In this document: positions 41,945-56,872 of the stretch, in pieces
Layout of the letters: each line of letters begins with the position of its first letter
Position numbering within the stretch: the first letter of the stretch is position 1
Assembly: GCF_009914755.1 (NCBI RefSeq)
Contig: NC_060945.1
From: the human T2T-CHM13v2.0 reference genome, Homo sapiens
DNA length: 64,000 nucleotides
Strand: one strand, 5' to 3'
The notes under the pieces: model-generated
What the model saw: only the letters and a program-made list of their open reading frames with translations
Told to the model about the DNA's origin: nothing
The model's database searches: none
Made by a program: the position numbers and the translations under genes

Positions 41945-43345
41945 TTATTTTTAAAAAACTTTTAAATTCAGGGGTACAAGTACTGGTTTGTTACACAGGT
42001 AAACCTGAGTCAGAGGGTTTGTGTGTCTGTGTGTGTACAGATTATTTCATCACCCAGGTATTAAGCCTAGTACCTATTAGTTATTTTTCCTGATCCTCTC
42101 CACCTCCCACCCTCCACCCTTTGATAGTTCCCAGTGTGTGTTGTTCCCCTGTATGTGTCCATGTATTCTCATCATTTAACTCCAACTTATAAGTGAGAAC
42201 ATGCAATAATTGGTTGTCTGTTCCTAAGTTAGTTTGCTAAGGATAATAGCCACCAGATCCATCTATGTCCCTGCAGAGGACATGACATCATTCTTTTTTA
42301 TGGCTACATAGTATTCCGTGGTGAACATGTACCACATTTTCTTTATCCAGTCTATCATTGATGGACATTTAGGTTGAATCCATGTCTTTGCTATTGTGAA
42401 TAGTGCTGCAGTGAACATACAAATGAATGTGTCTTTATACTAGAATGATTTACATTCCTTTGGGTATATACCCAGTAATGGGATTGCTGAGTTGATTGGT
42501 ATTTCTGTCTTTAGGTTTTGAAGAATCCCCACACAGTCTTCCACAATGGCTGAACTAATATACACTGCCACCAACAGTGTAACAGTGTTCCTTTTTCTCC
42601 ACAACCTAGCCAGGGTCTGTTGTTTTTGACTTTTTAATAATAGTCATTCTCACTGATGTGAGATGGGTATCTCATTGTGGTTTCGATTTGCATTTCCCTA
42701 ATGATCAGTGATATTGAGCTTTTTATCAAATGATTGTTGGCCACATGTATGTCCTCTTTTGAGAAGTGTCTGTTCATGTTCTTTGCCCACTTTTTAATGG
42801 GGTTGGTTTTTTTCTTGTAAATTTGTTTAAGTTTCTTAGAGATGCTAGATATTAGACCTTTATCAAATGCATAGTTTGCAAACATTTTCTTCCATTCTGT
42901 AGGTTGTTTTATTACTCTGTTGATAGTTTATTTTGCTGTGCTAGAAGCTCTTTAGTTTAATTATACCCCGTCAATTTTTCCTTTTGTTGCAATTGCTTTT
43001 GGCATCTTCATCATGAAGTCTTTGCCCATGTCTATGTCCTGAATGATATTATCTAGGTTGCCTTCCAGGGTTTTTATACTTTTGGGATTTACATATAAGT
43101 CTTTCATCCATCTTGAGTTAATTTTTGTATACAGTATAAGGAAGGGGTCCACTTTCAGTCTTCTGCATATGGCTAGCCAGTTATCCCAGCACCATTTATT
43201 GAATAGGGAATCCTTTTCCCATTGCTTATTTTTGTCAAGTTTGTTGAAGATCAGGTAGTTATAGATGTGCATTCTTATTTCTGAGTTCCCAATTCTGCTC
43301 CATTGGTCTATATGTCTGCTCTTGTATCAGTACCATGCTGTTTTG
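41945..43345 (-). mobile_element. 5'-truncated L1PA (older primate subfamily), ORF2 C-terminus plus 3' UTR
   Basis: ORF track 42634-42885 and 42961-43272 give L1 ORF2 peptides ([19 protein letters not shown]; NPIKKWAK). Confidence 0.93.
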
Positions 43346-44467
43346 GTTATTGTAGCCCTGTAGCTTTTCTGTGATTTTTTCCAGATAGTATAAAATGTTT
43401 AATTTCTATGATGCAAATACTAGGGCGATCAATGCTAAAACGGTTGTCCTGTACAATTTTTTCTTACCATACCAAAATTTTTTCTTATGACTGTTTATTT
43501 TAATTATTTTAAGAGATCTTTATTAACCTAGTAAGTATTGGATATGTAAAATTTAAAGATAATATCTTAATAAACCAAGATTTTAATTTTATTTGGATAT
43601 ATGCAGGTTTGTTTTGAAAGGCAAATTCTGAAAAAACAGGCATTATATTATTTATGAAACAACTTGAATACTGATATATCTATATCACCAGTAATTCTTC
43701 CTTTGATAACTCAGAAGTTTTTATGAAAGAGGTTCATTTAATCTTTGTTTTCTAAATACATAGGTGAAATTATACTTAAAAATGATACAGCTATTCATGA
43801 AAAATTCAAATATATAACATAACCAATAGAAGACAAATTAGCCATTGGAAGTACAGCTACAATATTTTTATTCATATTTTATGTATGATTTGATGAAGGA
43901 AAGATATTCTGATTAGAAAAAGGAGAATAATATTAGAAATATGAATAATTCACCTTACTTATCAAATTTTTCTTATGACCAGTAAATGTTTTATCATGAA
44001 TGAAAGTCAAATTAGAGAGAAAGCCAGTATGTGCTAAGAAGTCACATATAGGTATTCCTTAATAAAAATTACTCTTGTGACTCAAGGATCATAAAATATG
44101 CTGAGATGTATGCATAACTTGGCTGTTTAAAATTAGAACAAAAACTGCATATCCAGTGTTATGGTTAACTGGAAATAAGCACACATCTAATTTAGTATTC
44201 CACATAGCCATTAGAATTCCCATGGTACATGGACTGAATCCAGTTAATTGTCATAGCTTTTTCTACATATGACAGAACACAGAGAACTGGATCTATGAAA
44301 TCATTAATTGAATTACCCTTTAAATGTGCCAAAAGATATATTAGTTTTTACTCCCTTGGTAGTTTCCCTCAGCATAAATCAAATGAGAAAATTTAAATGA
44401 CTGAAAAAAAAGAACAGTGAGTGTTACAGGTTATTTTAAATGTGCAGTTAGACCTTAGTTAATTTAA

Positions 44468-44746
<279 letters not shown>

Positions 44747-45035
44747 GCCAGCTTCTTTACAAAATAATTATAAAGGTCTAAGAAAGACAATCTATTACAA
44801 TAGATATAACACTGGATTGAAGTCCAAATTTCTGTGTCTTTAGAAATATCAAACAAATGTGGGTGTATTTCTCATCTTCTTTTAAATGGAGTGATGACAT
44901 CTGGAATACATACTTATCCTGGTTTTCATTCATCCATTTTACTGTTATTGACTGAATAGCTACTTATATTCAGGTGCTGTAGAAGAACTGTGAGGCAAGT
45001 AACATTGTTCTTTCCCTCATTGAATGTATAAATTA

Positions 45036-45350
<315 letters not shown>

Positions 45351-45424
45351 TAATTTTTAAATTAGGGAGATAGAACATACATGGGTACATTAAAATGAAA
45401 TATATCAAAGGTGGTTAGGTTTTG

Positions 45425-48400
45425 ACCATACTGCCAAAAGCAGTCTACAAATTCAATGCAATTCTCATCAAAATAACACCATAATTCTTCACAGAATTAG
45501 AAAAAATAATTCTAAAATTCATATGGGACCACAAAAGAGCCCTCATAGCCAAAGCAATACTAAGCAGAGAGAACACATCTGGAGGCAACACATTACCCAA
45601 CTTCAAACTATACTATAAGGCTATAGTCAACAAAACAGCATGGATTAAATAGACACACAGTCCAATGGAACAAAATAGAGAACTCAGAAACAAAGCCAAA
45701 TACTTACAGCCAACTGATCTTTGACAAAGCAAACAAAAACGTAAAGTGGGGAAAGGACACCCAATTCAACAAACGGTACTGGGATAATTGGCAAGCCACA
45801 AGTAGAAGAATGAGACTGGATCCTCATCTCTCACCTTAAACAAAAATCAACTCAAGATAGATCAAAGACTTAAATCTAAGTCCTGAAACCATAAAAATCC
45901 TAGAAGATAACATGGGAAAAATCCTCTAGACATTGGCTTAGGCAAAAACTTCATGACCAAGAACCTAAAAGCAAATGCAACAAAAACAAAGATAAATAGA
46001 TGGGACTTAATTAAGTTAAAAAATTTCTCTACAGAAAAAGAAATAATCGGCCAGTAAACAGACAACCCACAGAGAGGAAGAGAATCTTCACAAACTGTGC
46101 ATCCGACAAAGGACTAATATCAAGAATCTACAAGGAACCCAAATCAGCAAGAAAAAAAAAAATACCATCAATAAGTGGGCTAAGGACATGAACAGGCAAT
46201 TCTCAAAGAAGATATACAAATGGGCAACAAATATATGTAAAATTCTCAACATTACTAATGATCAAGGAAATGCCAATCAAAACCACAATGTGATACAACC
46301 TCCCTCCTGAAAGAATGGCCATAATCAAAAAAATAAAAATACAATAGTGTTAGCACATACATGGTGAAAGTGGAACACTTTTAGACTGCTGGTGGGGATG
46401 TAGACTAGTAACACTGTCATGGGATCTTTACAGTGTCACTTTGCCAGCCAGAAACTTCTGTGGCTGGTAGTACCTCTGCTTGGGTTTTGCTTGCTTCCAC
46501 TGGGCTCATTCTGCCCACTCAGCTCATGCTATTGGCCTAGATCCCATACCCGCCAAGGGTGAACCAGGTGGGGAGTGGTGAGGGGTGTATCAGTGGGCGA
46601 GTGCAGGGTCCAGCCACTGGGCCCAGCCAGGCACTCCAGCTGCTGTGGTGGGACAGGCAGCTCCAGGTGCCACTCCATGCAAGGCTGAACCAGGTGTATC
46701 TCAAGGGGCTTCCACTGTGGGCACAAGCATCTGGACCAGGGGAATGCAGTGGTGCCCGAAAGCTCAGAGACTTCAGGGAGTGAACAGCCCCAAAGATGGT
46801 GTTACATCACGCCACAGCCCTGGCATGGGGAGCCCCAAGGTCTAGGCTCCCAGAAGGACCACAGCTCTTCTCTCCTTCTCATTGCCTGCAACGTGGCAAG
46901 TAGGGGGCATGTTTCAGTCCTGTTTGTGTTACAGCTCTTTCAGTCCCGCCATTCTGCAGATCCTGAGTTCTTGTCTCATGTCCAAGAAGAATGAGGTATG
47001 CAGACAAGTGGTGGGTTAGCAAGGAGGAAAGCAGTTTCATTGAGCTACAGAAAAGCTCTCAGTAGACCCTAAGTGGGTAGCTCTATCCACTGGCAGGTCA
47101 TCCTGACATCTGTCCAACTCTGGCTGAGTCGGGGTTTTATGGGCTCAGAGGGAGGAAGTGCTGATTGGTCCATGGTTGGCCATGGGTAGGCCTGGAAAAA
47201 GCACCAGAAGTTATCACTCTGGGCCACGATTCCACCCAGAACTTATAGCCCTAACTCCAGGCTTCAGGCTCTCCTTGGCTTGAAGGTGGACCCTCAGCTT
47301 TCTGCCCAGAAGGCTGTCTGCCTCCTGCTGCCATCAACATGTTGTATATGGCCCCCAGGCTGTTCATGCCAAGGGGTGCCTATAGGCCCCTGCTGAGCCA
47401 CATTTAGTCTTCCCTCAGCCTCCCTCCTATGCTCCTAGGTGCCCAATGTCCAGAGGGGGTTGAGGTAGCAGGGGTCTGGTGTGTCAGCACCTCCTTGAGT
47501 GTGCACACACCTAGGTGGGATGGGACGGCACCTGGGCTGGGCCACAACTTTGCTCCAAAATCGGAGCAGGCACCAGGAATGGAGAGAGGTCAGGGATGGG
47601 AGCAGGCACTTCCCAGCCTTTGGGGGAAGGGGGAGTTCCTCACCTCCTGAGAGCAGAGCGCGACTGTGCGGCTGCACATGCACCAGGGAGTGCAGGGCTC
47701 CCACCCCACCTACTCGGTAGGAGGCAGGGCTTCTTCCTGTTCCTGGCCCCTGCCGGCTCTGTGGAGTGCACAAACCTGGCCAGACCTCCCCAACTGCAGC
47801 TGGCATCTTCACAGTGGCTGCTCCAGATGGGCTGCCACTGCCATCACAACCACTATGGAAAACTGTGTGGAGATTCCTTAAAGAACTAAAAGTAGATCCA
47901 CTATTTTTCCAACAATGCCACTACTGGGTCATTATATGAAATAAACACTTGCACATGCATGTTTATAGCGGCACAATTAGCAAATGCAAAAATATGGAAC
48001 CAGCCCAAATGTCCATTAATCAATGAGTGGATAAAGAAAATGTAGTGTGTGCGTGAATACTATTCAGCCATATGAAGGAACAAAATAATGGCATTTGTAG
48101 CAGCCTAGTTGGATTTGGAGACCATTATTCTAAGTGACATAACTCAGGAATGGAATGCCAAACATCAAATGTTCATACTCATAAGTGGGAACTAAGCTAT
48201 GAGGATGCAAAGGCATAAGAATGATACAATGGACTTTGGGGACTGAAGGGAAAGGGTGAGAGTAGGGTGAGGGATAAAATATTAGACACTGAGTACAGTG
48301 TATACTGCTCAGGTGATGGGTACACCAAAATCCCACAAATCAGCACTAAATAACTTATCCTTAGAACCAAACACCACCTGTTCCCCAAAAACCTATTGAA

Positions 48401-48430
48401 ATAAAAAATTAAAATTAAAAAGAAGAAAAA
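45425..48430 (+). mobile_element. L1PB-type ORF2 3' part plus 3' UTR, interrupted by a MER52 LTR
   Basis: L1 sequence breaks at ...gtagactagta (46410), resumes at caaccactatggaaaac (47847) and ends in an A-rich tail. Confidence 0.9.
46415..47846 (-). mobile_element. MER52-family (ERV1) solo LTR, ~1.43 kb, GC-rich
   Basis: TG...CA termini. Reverse complement begins tgatggcagtggcagcccatctggagcagcc, like MER52. Explains the local cluster of GC-rich ORFs. Confidence 0.85.
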
Positions 48431-48829
48431 AGGTGATTAGGCAGATTGAGACAGCTAGTACAAAGCACCGAAAGCACAAAAGAGTTCGGGATGATTAAGG
48501 TTTAAGAAGAAGAGTTAATTTAAATGTATGCAAGGTCACAAATAAGCCTAGGTTAGTTTATGTGAAGCTTTGTAAAGAGTCATAAAAGTTTGGATTTAAG
48601 GAGTGTGAATAGGATCTTTAAAAGGTTTTAAGCAGGATAGTTACATTTGCTTAAAGTAGAAACTGGTAGGTGAGTAAGTCAGCAAGGGGCTTCTAAAACT
48701 GACCAGGTAGTGACTATGAACTGGGCAAGAGAGCTCATACTAAATATTGAGAGACATGAATGATATTTCTATATATTGTGCTTTAGTGGTGAGAAATCAA
48801 TGACAAAGCTTTTAAAATTGACACCCTAT

Positions 48830-49327
48830 TATAACCAAATCTAAGTTCAGCTGCTCATCACTTGAAAGCCAAACATGAGAGATGAGAGTTGGCAGGAGGA
48901 AAAGCAGGTTTATTCTGAGAGCCAGCAAACCAAGAAAATGGTGGACTAAAATCCCAAAGTACCATATTAAGTCAGTACAAATTTCAGCCTCTTTTTGGTT
49001 AAGGGCAGGGAGGGTGAAGAGATGGGGATTAGGATCAAGAGGTGACCAAGGGTGGCAGACATCTGAGTGTCAGTGAGGATCCAATGGGGTTGGAAAATTT
49101 TGTCTTTGGTCAAGTCACAATGCTTCCATAAATATTTAATGAGAAATATGGTTAATTTGTACATACTTTTCCTTTAACTCCAGAATTCGTTTTGAAAATT
49201 ATGATTGCTGTCCTTGCGTATTATGAGCGTTATTAAATTATTCTAGCCTCCATGTAAGAATGGATAAAGGCTCCTTAAACAAAAATGGAGTTAGTTATGA
49301 CAGTTCTTTTGCTGTTTCACTGTTACA
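48830..49327 (-). mobile_element. ERV1-class solo LTR (subfamily uncertain)
   Basis: ~500 nt with t(a)taacc...tgttaca termini, 4-bp TSD ctat, and tttatt (reverse poly(A) signal) near 48909. Confidence 0.65.
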
Positions 49328-50483
49328 CTATTACATGTGAAAATAACTCTTTCTGTTATTTGTAGTTCTTAAAATATAATATTAAAAAGGACATTTGAAA
49401 ATTGTTTGCCACAGAGTATTATGACTGGAAAAGAGGAAGATATTTCACTCTAGTATGTGAATGCTTTGAAGAGTATGTAGGACATAATCTACAATACAAT
49501 CATAATACAGTTTTACAAGGATGATGCCTATTCTTATTCTCATCAATATGATTTTTAAAAACTTATTTTTATTATAAATTATTTCCCTAGTAATGCCTTT
49601 TCAATTTGATTTAGAAAATGGATTGTATATCGTGAGTTTTATAGTGAGTTACCTGGTTCTAATATTCATGACCTAGTGGAAATTCAGGTCAAAGACTTGT
49701 ATATTTCAGTTCCCAGAGCCTGTGTTATGCTTTATTATCAGCTTCACCCTGCTCAGACACAGGCAGAATTCAGTAATGCAGGCCAGCACTGAGCAAGAAA
49801 TAAGACTTTTCTTAGGTCACAGTTACCAACCACAAATAAACTAGGCTCAGAGAAAATATTTCAGAGCCAAAGGAGGAATTACAAAAGAAAGTAGAAAGCT
49901 TGCATTAAGCAAGTAATCAAGTCAAGAAATCTCATACTGCAGGAGAATGCAGTGATCAGTACTGACTCCAAGTTCACCTCTAAATCTCAGAATAAGAAAA
50001 AAAAGAGGCAGGGAGGGGGCATTTATCAAAACAAGTATAACTTGGTACCAAGTCCAAAGACATGCTTTAAATTGACACCCTATTATAGTTTCTTTGGTGT
50101 CTCCTAGTATGGAAAGGATTGGGCTGGAAATAAGCTTGTCCTGAATGAAACATTGAGGAAGGTGACACATTCAGATGCTGGCATATGTTACTGTTTCATG
50201 TGATGCTGGCAATGTAATGTCAGAGATTCAGTCAAGGGCATGGATTTAAGAATAAATGTTCTAGGTCAGACTTCTGCCTGTACAGCTGCCATTTAATTAA
50301 ATCTAAATAATTTATCATTAGGGATCATTTCATTGTGATAACAGCTAAAAGAGCATAGTTCCTTGTTTTTAATGTCTGTAGACACATTACATCTTGTTTG
50401 CAGTATTCCTTTTCTTATGGTCTATATAGTAATGCACAATTTTTATTAATTATATACTTATTAAGAAGATTTTGGAGTCTTAA

Positions 50484-50762
<279 letters not shown>

Positions 50763-51194
50763 TAGTAAACTACACCAGAGGCTTTTATAAACATGAAATA
50801 ATTATTATCCCAAGTGGCTTACATAGTTCTTTAGAAAGGCAAATGCCACCTTTTATATGGACTAGTGCTACTTTATGTATCCTAAAAGTAATATGCATGT
50901 TTATTTTTTAAATTTGTCCCAGGGTAATTTTAAAGAAATCTTAGAGGTTAAGGAATTTGGGAAGAATTTATCTAGTTCAACTCCTAAATTCTTTAAAGAA
51001 AAGAAAAAAAGGCCAAACTTAAAAGCAGAAACTCAAGGTCACATCTTTTCTACTTGACAGAGTTGGCACTCAATTTTGATTGCAAGCTCAATGCTATTTC
51101 CAATACAAAATTTTGCTTATGAGCACCAGCCACAAATTTTATTTTGTTTTCATCCACTATTCTCTGTGTGTATGTGTGTGCACATCTCCAGACC

Positions 51195-53150
51195 TTTTTA
51201 ATTTAGTTGTATATATTTATGGGTCACAGTGTGATATTTTCATATATGTCTAACAGTGTGGAATGTTTAAATTCTTCACCTCACATACTCAGCCTTTTTC
51301 GTGGTGAGAACATTTGAAATGTACTGTCTTAGCAATTTTTAAACACATGATACACTAACTGTTGTCATCTTATTGGGTAATACATCTCAAAAACTTACTT
51401 CTGTTGTCTAACTGAATCTTTGAATCCCTTGGCCAACATCTTTCTATTCCTCTTACCACCATAACCTCTGGTAACCACCAACCTACTGTCCTTTTCTATG
51501 AATTTGACTGTTTTTTATTCCACATGTATAAATTAGATTATGCAGTATTTGTGTTTCTGTGCCTGGTTTATTTCACTTAAGATAACATCCTCCAGATTCA
51601 TTCATGTCATTGAAAATGTCAGAATTTCCTTCTATTTTCATTTTGTATATATACTATGTGTTTTGTATCCATTCATCTACTGATGCACATTTTAATCTGA
51701 TTTCATGTCTTGACTATTGTGAATAATGCTGCAATTAATATAGGAGTATGGATATCTTTTCTACATACTAATTGAAGTTCCTTTGGACATATACTCACAA
51801 GTAGGATAACTGGATAATATGGTAATTGTTGCAGGAAGTCAGGGACCCTGAACAGAGGGACCGGCTGGAGCTGCAGCAGAGGAAACAAATTGTGAAGATT
51901 TCATGGACATTTATCACTTCCCTAATAATACTCATAATTTCTTATGCCTGTCTTACTTTAATCTCTTAATCCTGTTATCTTCGTAAGCTGAGGATGTAAG
52001 TCACCTCAGGACCCTGTGATGATTGCGTTAACTGTACAAATTGATTGTAAAACATATGTGTTTGAACAATATGAAATGAGTGCACCTTGAAAATGAACAG
52101 AATAACAGCGATTTTAGGGAACAAGGGAAGACAACAGTAAGGTCTGACTGCCTGCAGGGTTGGGCAAAAACAGCCATATTTTTCTTCTTGCAGAAAGCCT
52201 ATAAACGGACATGCAAGTAGGAGAGATATGGCTAAATTCTTTTCCTAGCAAGGAATATAATATTAAGACCCTAGGAAAAGAATTGCATTCCTGGGGGGAG
52301 GTCTATAAACGGCCACTCTGTGAGTGTCTATCCTATGTGGTTGAGATAAGGACTGAGATAGGCCCTGGAGTCCTGCAGTACCCTCAGGCTGACTAGGATT
52401 GGGAAACCCCAGCCCTGGTAAATTTGAGGTCAGACTGGTTCTCTGCTCTCAAACCCTGTTTTCTGTTAAGATGTTTATCAAGACAATACGTGCAATGCTG
52501 AACATAGACCCTTATCAGGAGTTTCTGATTTTGCCCTGGTCCTGTTTCCTCAAAAGCATGTGATCTTTGCTCTGCTTTTTGCCTCTTGAAGCATGTGACC
52601 TACTCCCTGTTTGTACACTCCCTCCCCTTTTGAAATCCCTAATAAAAACTTGCTGGTTTTGTGGCTCAGGTGGGCATCATGGACCTACCGATATGAGATG
52701 TCACCCCTAGTGGCCCAGCTGTAAAATTCCTCTCTTTGTACTCTTTCTCTTTATTTCTCAGAGTGGCTGACACTTAGGGAAAATATAAAGAACCTACACT
52801 GAAATATTGGGGGTGGGTTCCCCTGATAGGTAGTTCCGTTTTTAATTTTTTGAGAAACCTCCATACAGTTTTTCATAATACATGTACTAATTGACATTCC
52901 CACCAAAAGCATATAAGGGTTATCTTTTCTCTGCATCCTTGACAATAATTACCTTCTGGGTTTTTTGTAATAGCCTTTGTAACTGATGTGAGTTTATATC
53001 TTCTTATGGCTTTAATTTGCATCTTCTTAATGATTAGTGATGTGGAACATTTTTTAAAATACCTGTTGGCCACTTATTTACCTTCTTTTGGGCTAATTCA
53101 GTTCCTTTGCCCATTTTAAAATCAGATTATGTGTTTTTTTTGCTATTGAA
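51195..53150 (-). mobile_element. L1MA 3' region interrupted by MER11
   Basis: Reverse-strand L1 motifs. ORF 52873-53073 is ORF2-like (KKCSTSLIIKKMQIK). Confidence 0.85.
51827..52828 (+). mobile_element. MER11 (HERV-K11/HML-8) solo LTR, ~1.0 kb
   Basis: Starts tgttgcaggaagtcagggacc and ends gggttcccctgata. 6-bp TSD ggtaat/ggtagt. AATAAA at 52641. Confidence 0.92.
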
Positions 53151-54258
53151 TTTTCTCCAGATTCTTGTTGTAAGACTTGTGACAAGTTGTGAGAAGCACT
53201 ATGCCTGGGACATTTTAACTGCTCACAAAATAGTAGAGATTTAAGTTAATGTTCTTCTGGGAATCTTTCTCTGGGTTGCAGTTATATAACAATATATTTA
53301 TTTACTTTTGCATCTGCCTCATCCACTAGAATGTTTCCTGTTGAGATGAATACCTTGCATTTAAACAGTAATTTGCATGAAATAAACTACCAGTGATAAT
53401 TTGGGACAGTGGTTGCCCTCCCAGAGCTGCAGATGGAAAATCTTTAAGATTAAGGTTGAGACATTCATCTTTTTCCTCCACAAACTCTCAATGTGCCAGT
53501 TAATACTCAGGGAAGAAAAACTTTTATACCCAAACAGTTGTGTCCAGCATCTGCTAAATGGCTTACTATTCATAGACATAAATTTTGATATTATTTTGAA
53601 TTATTAGTGTACAATCAAATATATCATTCTGATTTGGAGGATTTTAACATTTTATTTGGCAAGGCAACCCATGATGGCAGTATATCATGAAGAAGTTAAA
53701 TTCCTTCAACATCTTTTTGAAAGTGAAGGTGGAATAAATGTACAAATAGGTAAATATTAGTTTGAAATCAAAACAAATAAAACCAAAACATAAATAAAAT
53801 GTTAATTATTCACCATACGTTATGGAGTATGATTAATTCTAAACAAGTTATTGTAGCATTGAAATATGTGAAAATATAGAATGTATGAGCTCTGTCATTA
53901 AAATATGAGTTCAATTTAGAAATTTAAATAAAAATAAAGTCACTATTTAAGGGGTCAGGCTTAATATATGGTATCATAATACTGTTAAAATTTAATATGA
54001 ATTTTGCCCTCTTTATGATAAAAATAATTGATGTTGTTTTATGCTTTCAAGTGTCTTACTACATATGGAGTGTCTTGACATTTTTAAAAATGGAAATAAA
54101 GCCTCTTTCAATTTTAATTTCAAATAATTATGCCTCTCAACAAATAAAATAGATAACTCAATATTTCCCCTGATGTGAGGCATACGTGTTTACTGTAGAG
54201 TGAATATATGTGTGTAAACAATATCAACATATGTCAATATATTGTATGTATATGTGTA

Positions 54259-54596
54259 CAATATGGTTTGGCTGTGTCCCCACCCAAATCTCATCTTGAA
54301 TTGTAGCTCCCATAATTCCCACGTGTTGTGGGAGGGACCCAGCAGAGCATAATTGAATCACAGGGTAGTGAATAAGTCTCACGAGAGCTGATGGTTTTAT
54401 AAGGGGTTTCCCCTTTTGCTTGGCTCTCATTCTGTCTTGTCTGCAGCCAGGGAAGATGTGCCTTTCACTTCCCCTTCTGCCACGACTGTGAGGCCTCAAC
54501 AGCCAAGTGAAACTGCGAGTTTATGAAACTTCTTTTTCTTCATAAATTACCCAGTTTTGAATGTCTTTATCAGCAACATGAAAACGAACTAATACA
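54259..54596 (+). mobile_element. THE1B-like solo LTR inside TA-rich low-complexity sequence
   Basis: atatggtttggctgtgtccccacccaaatctcatcttgaattgtagctccc...aactaataca. TSD gtgta/gtata. Confidence 0.92.
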
Positions 54597-54828
54597 GTAT
54601 ATATTTGTGTATATGAGTGTATATATGTATATATAGTATGTATGTGTATATACCGTATATCAATATATGTCAGTATATCTATATATACACAATATATGCC
54701 ATTAAATGTATATTTGTATACATGAGAGTGAATATGTATATATTCATATGTGTGTTTACACATACCCACTCGTATGTACATATATGTATATATTCACTCA
54801 TATATACATATATACATATGTGCACACA
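54597..54828. repeat. Degenerate TA/TG/CA low-complexity tract
   Basis: Alternating purine-pyrimidine sequence. Confidence 0.85.
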
Positions 54829-56098
54829 CTTTACAGAAGTGAAAGTAAAGTTGCTTTTTTACAAAAGCAACTTTACAATAGTAAAGCCTACATAATTATT
54901 TGAAATTAAAACTCTAAGGGTTTTTATTTTCATTTTTAAAAATTTAAAGAGACTCCACATGTAGTAACGCATTTTACATTTTTAAAGCCATACATATGGC
55001 TTTCCAAAAGTTTGTAACTTTACCGGGACTGAAAAACATCAAAATTAGAATACACTATTGAGGAAAGTACAGTATAACAAATATATTATTATTATACTTA
55101 CTATTTTTAGACTATCAAGATATTTTTGCAGTCATGTTTAGTATTTTTGTTATTTATTTATGGTATAATTACTAACAAGACTCTTTTAGTTTTTATGTTT
55201 CAGAATATTGATTTAATAGAGGCTGAATATTCTCAATGAAAAAAATGTGAAAAAAGCATACACAATATGCCTACTGCCAAACACGTTAGTATTAACAATG
55301 ATGGGAGCATTGTAATATATTTTAACCTCTTAATGCCTCAGCAGAGACTTGGGAAGAGGTAACAACCTAATTTCTTCATAAATGTCCTAATTGAAAGTTG
55401 ATTATAGAACCTAACTTTGGCGAGGTCCAGATGCATATTCCTGATGTAAAATTATACAGTAAAAGTATTTTAAAATAAAAAGTATAATTTAAAAAGTGTC
55501 TTTAAAATCAATTATTATATTTGAAGACGTTGGTAAGTATACTTATTTGGGTATTCTTTCTTGAGATGTCAAATGACATTTTCCATTATTTTAGGCAAAT
55601 ATGTTTTAATGCAGAAGTTTACTTGTTATGATCAAGGGCAAAAGTTCTATGAATCAATTTATTTGTAATTTCTTAATCACAACTGTGCTAGGGAGTACAA
55701 TTTTGAAATTCACCTTTGAAATCCAAATCTTGTCTGTAAACAATATTGCAACAAATTTTCTACACTAGTTTAACAATATTTCTTATTAATTCAAAATGGA
55801 AGGCATTTTAACATTTCTAAACTACAATCTAGGGAATCTTCTTTGACTTTCTGATAATGAAGCAAGTGATTAACTTACCTGCCCATTCATAATTTTAAAT
55901 TAACTGTAGCTTTTTATTTTAACTCTCATATTTCAAATATACAAATTTTACCAAAAGTAACCCACTATCTCTTATTACTGATGCATCTGCTTCACATCTG
56001 TCTCTCTCATTCTCTCTTTAAGAAAGGGAATCAAGCTTTCTTTTTAAACACCTTCTTGGGGTTACCCTCATTCGTCAAACAGAAATTATTCCGAGACC

Positions 56099-56545
56099 TG
56101 TTAAAAACTGTAAGGAAGACTAGTCATTATTACTAACACAATAGTGCTCAAGACTATTGCAATAGAAGAGAGAGATTGAGCTCAAAGCCAAATACAAGGA
56201 CAAGTTGGAATGTACAGCCAATGAGTAGAGTGAGAGATGGCAGTGGATGAAAAGTTATTAAGAGGGACCTGGTAAACTTCAGAGGTAATGACTTTCTTGG
56301 TAACCTGGCCTAACAGGGTCCTTGCTAAAGACAGGCCAAAGACTTAGACCACAATTGTGTTGAATGAAGAACTTGGTCAGATAGCAAGAGTGATCAGAAA
56401 TCAAGGGTGCGGGAACTCTTATAAATGGATTTGGCAGGATTCTTTGCTACTGGCAAGCCAGGGACAGTGCCAAGGTCAAGGCCTAGTTGAAAAGTGGGCT
56501 AAGAAGAACCTGACTAAAGTTTGATCAAAGAGGGTGTCTGTGTCA
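56099..56545 (-). mobile_element. MER31-family solo LTR
   Basis: ccaaggtcaaggcctagttgaaaag...cctgactaaagtttgatcaaagaggg...gtca matches the reverse complement of the MER31 start. Confidence 0.8.
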
Positions 56546-56872
56546 CTTTCTTGATTGTCACTGGCACTGGAGGCTTTCAGAAAGGAGATCTTTTTCTCCA
56601 CCTCCAGTGAATGACATACTTCCATCTTTTCACTATTCAAATTTATCTTAACTTTTTTCTACTCTGCTCAGATAAAAATTAATTCTTCCAATAAAGTCAC
56701 TTCTTTTCATTATAATTTGTAGAATCATATTTTGATTTGGACTTTGATAAGATTGATGGACACATAACTCCTTAAGATATGCTTCCATAACTTCATATTT
56801 CATGTAGTCAGGAATTAATTGGGCACAAATCCTAAGCCAAAAAAATGCAAGTTCAAGATAAAAATGTTTCCA

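Noticed and set aside
42634-43272. Reverse-transcriptase-related ORFs
   Set aside because: Broken L1 ORF2 C-terminal fragments of a truncated element, non-functional
46529-47889. Many overlapping GC-rich ORFs suggesting a gene
   Set aside because: All lie within the MER52-like LTR. Stop-codon scarcity follows from the GC content.
54521-54903. Tyr/Ile-rich ORFs
   Set aside because: Low-complexity TA-rich tract
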